From Longimicrobiales bacterium (lineage in GTDB: Bacteria; Gemmatimonadota; Gemmatimonadetes; Longimicrobiales; Gaopeijiaceae): a DNA stretch of 64,000 nt. Every line of letters begins with the position of its first letter. Within the stretch, counting starts at the first letter, position 1. Positions 42,151-52,000 of this stretch are shown piece after piece. The DNA lies in assembly GCA_963664435.2 (NCBI GenBank), contig CAXXKM010000002.1, positions 256,001 through 320,000 of the forward strand, given 5' to 3'. The notes beneath the pieces were generated by a model. It had not been told where the DNA came from. It was given only the letters and a program-made list of their open reading frames with translations, and did not search any database. The position numbers and the translations under genes are program-made.

Positions 42151-42295
42151 GCGGGGATAGGCCCGACTTCTCGGCCTACAAGATCCGTGACGTGACGGCT
42201 CCCCCGCGTGCGCGGGGATAGACCGCCGTCATAGCCGACGAGATGCGGGCGCTGGTGGGCTCCCCGCGAACCTTGCCGCGCACGCCGGGGGACCC
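42151..42295 (+). CRISPR. Orphan type I-E-like CRISPR fragment: half repeat, spacer, full repeat, spacer, degenerate repeat
   Basis: Full 29-nt repeat GGCTCCCCCGCGTGCGCGGGGATAGACCG (42197-42225); 3' half GCGGGGATAGGCCC (42151-42164); GGCTCCCCGCG... from 42258; two 32-nt spacers; exact 61-nt period. Confidence 0.8.
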
Positions 42296-42311
42296 ATTCT
42301 GGCCGGGGTGG

Positions 42312-44390
42312 TCAGTCCGTGATGACCACAGCCCGGTACTGCCCCGGGTCCCCGAGCTGGTAGTCCTCTCCCGTGACCTCGATGACGCGGACCCGGTACA
42401 GAGGCAGCCGGCCCCGGTCCGGCACCCGGAACCGCATGAGGGGACCCGCTTCGAGGGAGCCCGCCACGATGATCCGGTGCCGCCCGGGCGCCTTGGATTC
42501 GTACAACTCGAACCCGGGAGCGCGCACGGCTTCGATGCCGGGGCCTTCGAGCTCCAGCAGAACGCCGGTGCCGCGACCGGCCGCCGGGCCGCTGCGGCCG
42601 CGGCGGCCCGGCCGGCGGCGGCAGGGGGAGGGGAGCCCGTCGGGGTTGTGCCGCACCGCGCTTCGCCCCGCCTGCACCGGTCGATCCACGCGAGCAGGTC
42701 GCCGAGGTCGTAGCGGCCGTTTGCGTGGCCCGGGAGGTCGAGCGCGGCCAGCCGCGCTTCGCTGAGCCGCACGTCCCCGAACAGAGCGCCCGCGGCCTCG
42801 TCCGGCGTCAGGCCTTCCGCGACGGCCAGAGCCTCCTCCAGCGCGTCGTCCCCAACGACCGCGCCGGCGCGATCCGACGCGGCGGAGCCCGCCGCGACAT
42901 CGCCGCACAACCGGCGTCGACCACGGCCCGTTCTTCGCCGCGCCCCTGAAAGCCGCCGCCACCCGGAAGTAGGCCGCCCCCTTCGTCCTGTAATGCAGTG
43001 GGGGTGGAGGGGGGTGTGCCGCTCGGCGTGTTCTCTTTGCTATCATAGAACCCGCCGCCCCACCAGTCGTCCTGCTGCTCCCCCGGCGGCGGCACATCGC
43101 AGTCCTCGACCTTCTCCCCAGTGGATCACCCAGCCGCGCGCTCCAGCGTGAAGCCGAGATCCTCCAGCCCCCCGCCGATGCTCTCGTGCTCCGCCGCTAT
43201 GGCGACGGTGACCGCGGGGATGGGGGCGCCGATGACCGCGATTTTTTGTTTGCGTGCGTTTGACGCTTCCGACCAGCTGCCGGCGTCGGAGGACCTGACA
43301 TGCCCCTTGTCGCTGATGCTCCAACCGCTCGCCTTTGCCCGCATCCTCCTCGTTCGAGTCGGTGCATCGAACGTTGGCCGTTCCGACCGAGGCCGCGAAC
43401 ACCACAAAGTATGGGGTCTCCTGCTCGAGGGTCGCCGTCCGCCGGTGCTGTGAATGTGTGCAAGGCGGCGCTGGTCCCGACCGTAGACTCGCTGGTCAGT
43501 GCGTACAGGCTGCTGCCCGGAGCGTCCGATGCGTCCGCTCCGTGGATGCTTACCTGCACTTCGTGGCTGGCGCTCTGCACACGGACATAGGCCTGCACCG
43601 AAGTCAGCGTGTACCCACCCTCGTTGTCGCTCGTGGTGAATCCCGTCGCCAGCGACAACTTGTTTGAACCCGAAACACCCAGGACCAGTAACGAGGTGCC
43701 GTTCCGCCCGGTGTTCGAGACCAGGGCGGACGCGGTGGTGGTGGTCTCGTCGTCGCGGATCGTGATGCTGGCGGTGCCGATGTCCGTCCCGCCGGGATCG
43801 CCGGCCACCGTGATGGTCCGGTCGCCGTCGGCCGAACTGTTCCCCACGGCGGTGACGGTGACGGCCCACCGAGCTCTCGCTCGCCGGAAGACCACCTGGT
43901 GGCCCGTCGTGATCATGTCCGCGTCCGCCGGGCTCACGCTGAAGTGGGTCCCCTCGGTGGCCCCGGAGAAGGTCAGCGTGACCGTCGTGTCCCTTGCGAA
44001 GGACCTATTGGGTCGGGTGTTCTCCACCGTCACGGTGGAGACGTTCTCGATGATGAGCATCGTCGCGGCGGCGTCCTCCTCGGCGATCGACGCCGGGTTC
44101 GCCGACAGCGACAGGAGCGGCTGGTTGTCCTCCTCGTCGGTGATGTACACCGGGAATTCGGACGGAGGGTTCGGACAATCCGCGAGCGGGCCCGTGTCGA
44201 TTGGTTCGCACGTGTTGCCGTCGGGCTCCCGAAACGCCGCAATGCCCGCCGGGAAACCCCAGAGCCGCTCTATGATCAGGCCGGACCGTTCCCTGCCCTC
44301 GTAGATCGCGTCGTCCAGGATGAACGGGCCAAGGTCGTACAAGGGCAGGCGGGCCACCCACGGTTCGGTGTCGGCGTCGCGTAGGCCGGG
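42312..44390 (-). pseudogene. Fragmented large surface/adhesin-like protein gene
   Basis: Frameshifted pieces: Thr/Val-rich beta domains (43197-44357), ANGRYDLGDLLAWIDRC, and a C-terminal LLELEGPGIE...YRVRVIEVTGEDY domain. Confidence 0.6.
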
Positions 44391-44725
44391 AAGGTCTTCA
44401 ACTCCGAGTTGGTGTAGAGGTCGGTCGTGGGGACGGGTTGGCTGTCGGGCAAGCGCCGGACCCGCTCGACTCGTTCGTCCTCAGGATAGTAGACACTGAA
44501 ATACTCGCGTTCCCATTCACGGTGGCGTTGTCCGCGGTAGAAGAACCCCGCGTAGAAGATCCGGACGGCGTCGTCCCCGGGGCGGCCGGCACCGAACACC
44601 AGGCTGTTGCCCTTGGCGCGCAGCACGTCGTCGATGAGGCCGGAAGTTGTCGGCCAGCGGCCGTCGTCGAGCGTGGCTTCGTGCAACGACTCCAGGATCC
44701 GATCAAACGCGTCTGGTTCGCTCAC
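44390..44725 (-). pseudogene. N-terminal remnant of a second LuxR-type regulator
   Basis: FDRILESLHEATLDDGRW...EREYFSVYYPEDERVERVRRLPDS..TDLYTNSELKT aligns with the N-terminus of 40248-41402; HTH absent. Confidence 0.85.
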
Positions 44726-44741
44726 GACGGTCCTCGCCTCT

Positions 44742-46073
44742 TCAGGCCCGGATGCAGGAAAGGGGCAGGGACTGGAGGCCTCGGACCACGATGCCCCGGC
44801 AAAACCGGGGGCGACTCCCCAGCAACCTGATCGACTTGAACCGGTCGAGCAGCATCTCCAGAACGATCCGGCTCTGCAAACGCGCGAGCGGAGCGCCAAG
44901 GCAATGGTGGATCCCGCCGCCGAACGAGAGGTGCCGACCCTGGCGGCGATCGATGTCGAGGCGGTCCGGATCGACGAACACGTCCGGATCCCGGTTGGCC
45001 GCGCCCAGAAGGAGCACGATGTTGTCCCGTTTCCGTAGCGGAAAGCCGTTCACCTCGCAGTCCCCGAGCACCCGCCGAAAATCGGCCTGCACCGGAGAGT
45101 CGAAACGCAGCAGTTCTTCCACCGCGGCCGGGATCAGGCCCGGGTCGTCCCTGAGTCGCTGAAGCTGATCGGGATTGCGAAGCAGGGCGAGGATGCCGTT
45201 GCCGATCAGGTATCCGGTGGTCTCGGTGCCGGCGCTCAGAAGCAGACGCAGCATGTTGAGCGTCTCGCGTTCAGTCAGGCGCGCACCTTCGTCCTGCGCT
45301 CGCGCCAGGGCGCTGACGATGTCCTCCCGGGGCGCGGCTCGCCGCTCCCCGATGATCGGTCGAAAATAGCCGTCGAACGCTCGGGAGGCCGCGCCGCCAG
45401 CCTTGCGTTCCCGCCGGCTGATCGTCGGCTCCAGCAGACGCGCGCGCTGGGCCGCCCACACTGCGAACCGCGCCCGGTCCTGCGCCGGGACGCCCAGCAT
45501 CTCGGCCATCACGATCACCGGCAGGGGTCGAGCCACCGCCTCCATCAGATCGAACGCGGACGGGTCGTCGATGTCGTCCAGCAGGCCCCCCAGGATGGTG
45601 CGTACGCGGGACTCGAGCCCACTGATGGCTCTCGGCGTGAACGCCCTGCTTACGAGCGCCCGCAACCGCGTGTGGTCCGGAGGATCCAGAAACAGCAACG
45701 TGAACTCGCGCGGCGGGGGCAGCATGGCCAGCTGCCGCCGCGTCAGGGAGCCCTTGCGCGGATCGTTGCCGAAGTGCCGATGGTCGCGCAAGATGGCGTC
45801 CACATCGACGTGGCGCGTGAACACCCACGCTCTCAGCAGCCGGCTTCGATGCACCGGGGCCCGGGCGCGGAGGGCCGCATAGGCAGGATACGGATCCCGG
45901 ATCGTCCGTGCCGACAACGGGTTGTACGCGACTCCGGTCTGCACGCGCTCCAGCCGGACGATCGCACTGATGACCGGAGCCCGGATGGCGTCGCCCACCG
46001 AGTACGTCGCCGCCCGCGGCGAGCGGGTGGAGGTACGCCGCCGGGGCTCTTGCCAAGTCGAGAAGAGACCCAT
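44742..46073 (-). CDS. Cytochrome P450
   Basis: DPPDHTRLR, AGTETT, EELLR and heme motif FGGGIHHCLG; true start probably near 45998. Confidence 0.95.
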   Translation of the reverse strand: MGLFSTWQEPRRRTSTRSPRAATYSVGDAIRAPVISAIVRLERVQTGVAYNPLSARTIRDPYPAYAALRARAPVHRSRLLRAWVFTRHVDVDAILRDHRHFGNDPRKGSLTRRQLAMLPPPREFTLLFLDPPDHTRLRALVSRAFTPRAISGLESRVRTILGGLLDDIDDPSAFDLMEAVARPLPVIVMAEMLGVPAQDRARFAVWAAQRARLLEPTISRRERKAGGAASRAFDGYFRPIIGERRAAPREDIVSALARAQDEGARLTERETLNMLRLLLSAGTETTGYLIGNGILALLRNPDQLQRLRDDPGLIPAAVEELLRFDSPVQADFRRVLGDCEVNGFPLRKRDNIVLLLGAANRDPDVFVDPDRLDIDRRQGRHLSFGGGIHHCLGAPLARLQSRIVLEMLLDRFKSIRLLGSRPRFCRGIVVRGLQSLPLSCIRA

Positions 46074-46382
46074 GACCGGAAAAGATGCCCGATGGAGTCT
46101 CGTCGCAAGTCCCGGGCAGGCTCATCCTCGGCACTCGCGGCACTCGCATCCCGTGGAGGCGGAGGCGGTGCCCCAGGGCTTCGGGAGCGCCAAGTCCAGC
46201 CGCGTCGGCGGCGCAACTCCGGTCCTGGCATCTGCTCCAACAACGAACACGGTGTCGGTTACCACATGCCCAATCCGCACGAAGAATTGATCCCCGCCAA
46301 CTCGGCGGCGAGGGCAACGAAACGGTTACCTTGGGGTCGTTTTGTTCCCGCACCCCTATAGATGCCCGAGAGGAGAAGCAGC

Positions 46383-47315
46383 ATGAAGTCCATCCGCCAA
46401 CTGACGTCCCTCCTACGGCTGTCCGTCCCGGCAGTGCCGCTCCTGGTGGGCGCGGCGCTGTTCTCGCTCCCCTCCGGCGCCCTGGCTCAGGACGGCTGGT
46501 ATATGCGCATGGGGCTGGGCACTGCCCTGGCTCCGGGCATGACCGTCCACGGTTCGGACGACGACTGGTCCACGAAGTGCGACCTGCTCTCCAACCCGGC
46601 CCAGGTCGAGACCGACCCGGGCAGCTGCGCTTCCGCTCCGCCGCGCGCGGCGTGGTACAGCGACGTGGAGGGCGGGACGGGCATGATGGCAGGCCTCGTG
46701 CTGGGCTACCGCGTGCACCGGCTGCGCATCGAGGGGGAGTACTCCTTCCGCGCGACGACCTACGGCGGACCGGTACCGCCGGTCATCGGCGACGAAATCA
46801 CGCTGGGCAAGGCCGACCAGGAACTCGAGGAAGCGGAAGCCGGTGTGGACGACGTTCACGCTCACGGCGTGTTCGTCAACCTCGCCTACGAGTTTCGCAA
46901 TGCGTCGCGCTACACGCCGTACGTCGGCGCCGGAGCGGGCGCCGCGCTCACCAGGCTGGACTACTACACGCGCTGGAAGCGCAACGACGATCCCGAACGG
47001 ATCGACACCTTCGACGACCCGATGATGAAGGCGCGGATCGCGGGCACCACCTCGATCTCGGACGCGAAGCTCTCGGACGTGATCGCGAGCTACCAGGTGT
47101 TCTCCGGCGTGGACTATGACATGAACGATGGTGTCTCGATCGGCATGCAGCTCCGCTGGACGGGCCACCGCGAGTTCGAGGACCAAGCCGAATACGCGCA
47201 AATACGAAGCCACGAATCGTCCGTGGGGCGGGGCTCCGACGTGCAGTACCGGGCCGAGACCAGCGGGCTGGCTGCACTCGGGGTGGCCTTGACCCTGAAA
47301 TGGCGGCCCGAGTGA
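46383..47315 (+). CDS. Outer-membrane beta-barrel protein (OmpA/Opa-like)
   Basis: Signal peptide; GYR..RIEGEY, NLAYEF, TPYVGAGAG and YQVFSGVDY strands. Confidence 0.8.
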   Translation: MKSIRQLTSLLRLSVPAVPLLVGAALFSLPSGALAQDGWYMRMGLGTALAPGMTVHGSDDDWSTKCDLLSNPAQVETDPGSCASAPPRAAWYSDVEGGTGMMAGLVLGYRVHRLRIEGEYSFRATTYGGPVPPVIGDEITLGKADQELEEAEAGVDDVHAHGVFVNLAYEFRNASRYTPYVGAGAGAALTRLDYYTRWKRNDDPERIDTFDDPMMKARIAGTTSISDAKLSDVIASYQVFSGVDYDMNDGVSIGMQLRWTGHREFEDQAEYAQIRSHESSVGRGSDVQYRAETSGLAALGVALTLKWRPE

Positions 47316-49044
47316 GCGTCGGGGAGCCCGGACACTGCCCTGCCCAGTCGCGGCCGGATGAACGGCCACGGTATACGCCTTGATCGATTGTGTGCGCCGA
47401 GTCTGGTCCACATCACTGGAAGAGACGACGGGTGGCCGGAACGCCTTGGGGCGTACCGGGCCGAGTGGAAGGCCAAGTCAAGCAGAGCCCGTCCGGGGGC
47501 TGGTCCCTACTGCCGAACGCCCAAGACGGCTTTTCCATCGCCTGGGTCCTTCTTGGTCCCATGCTGCCATTCGTTTACCGGGCCGGCCGGGAAGAGCTTT
47601 TTGGGGTAACCGAGACCCCATCGAGGAGGAAGGATGGACGACCAGAGGCTCAAGCACTGTGAGCGCGCGGTCCGGGTCAGTGAGTGGCGCCGGGCGTGGC
47701 TTGACGGCTGGGCAGAAGGAGCGAGCTGGGCGTTGGCGAGAACGGCACACGCCCCGCGCCGCAGTGGTCACCCGGAGTCTGTCATATGCAGCCTAGTCGA
47801 GCATGTCGTGTCAGGGGACGGGGGCCAGGAGTCGCCGGCCATCGTCGAGCCGGGAGGGCAGGGACGCGGAATATGATCGGCGGGAGCTGTTCGGGTCTAC
47901 GGGGAAAACCGGACAGCTACGCGGGACAATCTGGGATGAGCCTGGCGGTGGGTTGAGCTGGTTGGTTTCCCAAGACTACCTGCTGTCCGACCGTCGGCGT
48001 GCAGCGGGCTCTTGCCTGTGCAGCGTGCGGTCATGTCCGACGATCAGGCGACGGGGTAGGACTGATCCCGACCACGTGCCCCCCCGAAACGGCTGCGGCA
48101 GCATGAAGCTGCCGCGAGGAGAAGATCGGGCTGTCCGTCGAGAGCAATTCCCACCATTTCATTCGGGATTCCCCGCTGTCATCGCTCGGCGAAACCCATC
48201 CCTTCAAACGGCAGGAGATGAACGCACGTCCTGTCCAAGCGGTCCACCGGAGGTTCATTCTCAGGCGGTAGTGACGAGACTGAGCGGGAGGGTCGTTCTG
48301 TATTGCCCGTGGTCGGGTCACGTGCTCCAGTTGCTCCCCGGCGTTCGTCGTGCCGAGCCGAACGGTGGGAGGCGGATCGTTGAATGCCGGACGCGGCGCC
48401 ACATCCTTGGTGGACGGATTCATGCGCTCGCCATCGGCTGGAGGCTTTCGAGGAAAGCCCACGCGATAAACTGCTCAACTTCCCCCAGCCACTCGACAGC
48501 CTCGCCGTGGACGACCAGCGCCGGTAGCAAGGCCATGATGACCCACGGGCCGTCTGGAAGGTGGTCGCGGAAATCGCTCACAAAGCTCGATCGGTGGTGG
48601 CCCGGATAGGCACCGGACAAAGGGTGCGCCCGCCGGTAGACGGTGGACACACCCCGTCCATTCCTCTCCTCGCGGCTTTCCGAGCGAGTAGTCCTCTCCC
48701 TACCACCCAGCGGCGGGCTGAGGGGGATGCCCACACACCGCTGCCCCAACTACGTTTAGGTTGGTTGCTTGAGTCTCCACCCGCTGAACCCTGACCATGC
48801 CATCCCCACGCTCTATGACCTCGAAACTCCTGCCCGTAAGGCGATGACCGCACGGCCAAAGGCCCTTTCGTTGGGAAGGGTCCGTTCGGCATCGAGGTCT
48901 TCGAACTCCCGACCGCCAGCCTTCGGCGGGTCCCCGACCTGCATTCGGACCCAGGGGAGGCCGTGCCCCGTGGGGGCTCTTCAGCCGGAGGGGCGGCATG
49001 CTGCATCCGACTGATCCACCACGTCCTTCCCCCGAGCAGGGCTC

Positions 49045-52000
49045 ATGAGCGAGGTAACGTCTGGGAAGGACCGGGGCGTGACAGTGAATGGAGGCGAGCG
49101 AGAGCGGCGAGCCTTCGTCGAGCAGGTGCGCCACGAGAACGAGAAAGACTTTGGCCCATCCGCACGTAGAGCGGTCGATAGGATGCTCGCAGCGGGACAT
49201 CCGCACCCGTGGGCCTACGTCTACGAATTGTCACAGAACGCAATCGATGCGGGTGCTCGACGAATCTCTTGGCTGACCAACGGTGGGTCGCTGTCGTTCC
49301 AGCACGATGGGGACGTTGCGTTGGACAAACCCGCCGTGCGTGGGCTGTCTTCGATTGGTGCTTCGACCAAGGGGCAGGACGCCATCGGGTTCATGGGAGT
49401 TGGCTTCAAGTCAGTCTTCAATCGGTTTCGGACAGCGCGGGTTTCGGGTTGCGGCTGGCGTATCAAGTTCGACATCGGAATACGCCGCGGGGCGCTCGAC
49501 ACGACGTTCCCTGACAGGTTCGACGCGCTACGGCCACACTGGGATCCTGAGCGGCTCGATCCCGATGCTGGTTGCACTACCGCTTTTTTCTTCACCAATC
49601 CCGTGGACCCGGCTGCCTGCTTGGCCGACGACCTCGCGCACCTAGCGTCCCCCGACGACCCAACTCCGTTGTCTGTGCTCGCGTTGCGGGGTTTGGAGCA
49701 GGTGTGCATCGACGATGTCACTTGGGACCTCTCGGTGCGGGACGGAGTGGTCGAAGTTCGTCGCGCGCCCGATGGGCTCTCTCGGCGGTGGCGGTTCTTC
49801 GTGTCATGCTATCGCCCGGATGACGCCGCGATGCGACGGTTCTTGCAGGCGCGTCAGGACCTCACGTACCAAGAGGCCAGTGGGTCAGAGCGACCGAAAC
49901 GGAGCGTCGTGGCGCTCGTGCCCTTGGACGAGGACGGGTTACCGAACCCACCGTCCCAAGGTCGGGTCTACGCGACACTTCCGACTCGGGTGCCCATTCC
50001 CTTCGGATTCCATTTGCAGGCGGACTGGCTCGTCAACCTGGAACGCCAAAGCCTCCGTGCAATCAGGGGAGATCCTTGGCAGGAAGCCATCGTGCAGCAA
50101 GTCCCGGTGCTTGTGCGAGAAATGCTCCTTTGGCTGAAGGAGGAATCAGAATCCGCTAGGAGCCGAGGTTACCGGATCCTGTCCGGCCCCACTCGTGTCG
50201 AAGGCGAAATCTCCGATGTACTTGGTGCCCTGCGGTCCGATTTCGTTCGCTTGCTAGGGGATTTGGAGATCGTTCCAGTGCTCGGGTCGGAAACCAGACG
50301 ATTCTCCACACCGCAAGAGATCGTGCGCCTACCCGGCCGGTTTCTCAGCGAGTTTGGAAAACGCCCGGCGTGGCGTCCAGATTTGCTGTTTGACCGCGAC
50401 CTGATGGATGAAGGTCTCTTGGGGAGTCGCGCCGTGCAGTTCGCCAACTGGCTTGGGTGGGGACTCGACATCGATCCTGATGACGTAGAGTGGACTGTCA
50501 CGCTACCGCTTTGGTGGTCCGCGGCGGGGGGGAACACGGACGCGCTCTTTGCGCTTTGGTCGTGCGTCTCCGAGCAGGAATGGCACCACGCACCCGTCGT
50601 CCCTACGGAAGCCGACGGGTGGCTCCCCGCCGACGAGACGTGCTGGCTCAACGAAGAACCGCCGTCCGTCAAGGAACCGAGTGGGGCTGTGGTCGCCGCG
50701 GCGCTCGCTGGCTTCTTGCCTGCCGCCGAACAACGCCTACCACCGAGAATCCGCGCGCTTGTCAATCGAGATCGCACCTCCCACCCAGGCGTCACCTGGC
50801 TGAAGGAACGGCACCGGGAGCAGCGGTTGAAAGACATCGTTCGGCAAGTTTGCACCGATGCCGGAGACGGCGACGCCTTCCCGCTCGTCGAACTCCTGGA
50901 TTGGGCCGTTGCCCGGGGTGCGAACCGCCATGACCTAGTGCCGCTGGTCCTGACCGAAGATGGTGCGCACAAGCCATCCGCAGCATTGCTCGCGGGTCCG
51001 CTCGTGCCGGGTGGAGAGGATCGACGCCGACTCTTCCCGAGCGTGCCAGCGCTCGTGGAAGACTACGCTTTCATCGACGACCAGCAAGCGGCCGTGCGCT
51101 TCATCGAAGGACTCGGGGTCCGCGGTGACGCCACGCTCAAGGAAGAGCGCCACGATGTCGGCCGCAACAAACAGGCGGTCGGCAAGCTACTCGGGATTGA
51201 GGTGGACCGGATTGAGCCTGCAGCGCGCTGGTCGGGGTGGACTGTGCTCGACTACGACCTGCCTTTCCAGGTTCAAACCGTCCCACTGGACGCCCTACAG
51301 AGATGGCTTTCACGCGAACATACCCTTCTTGCGCACAAGGGCAGGCTGAAGGCGAGCAGCAGTTTCCATGGCCCGAAAACAACTGACGGAGAACGACCCT
51401 CGAAGTGGGTGAAGACGCTGGAGGAGCTTCCGTGGATTCTCTGTGAAGATGGCCAACGCAGGAAGCCCGCAGATTTGCTAATCGACGCCGACCCCGACTA
51501 CGAAGATGCGCCCCTCGCGCGTATCGATCCGGACTTAGCGAACCGCTTGAAGCAGGAAGGGGTTCGTTTCGGCGCCGACATCTCCCTCTCTCCCGTGCTG
51601 CGCCGGTTGGAGAAGCGAGGCTCATCTAACTTGCCGGACGCCGATCTGGCGGGTTTGCTCGAAGATGCGTTGGCAGAGATCGAGGCGGGCACCGTGACGC
51701 GCGATGAACTGATAGCCACGCTTCGCTCCGTGAAGCTACGCGGCGTCCCGTTGGAACGTGTAGTGCGAGAGGCTGGTCGTCCCGGGACGCGAAGTGACCT
51801 CGGCGGATGGGTGGTGGCGCTTTCCTCTGTCGAGGCAGTTTTGGCTACGGCGGTGGATCGAATTGAGATCGAACTGCCCAGGACAACCACGGGCCAGCAG
51901 GCTCTCGGATACCTCTCTGAACGCTGGAGACGTAGGCCGGAGTCCGTCGGTGAGATCCGAGCCCACATAGCGTCCGCGTATCGCTACGTCCTTCAAGACT

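Noticed and set aside
47420..47785. Peptide APRRSGHP appears in both a minus-strand ORF (47114-47476) and a plus-strand ORF (47634-47876)
   Set aside because: Neither ORF looks like a real gene and the DNA similarity is low; may be chance or unidentifiable debris
47800..49040. Several 70-270 aa ORFs upstream of the sacsin-like gene
   Set aside because: No motifs, consistent codon bias or RBS that I can support; probably degraded sequence
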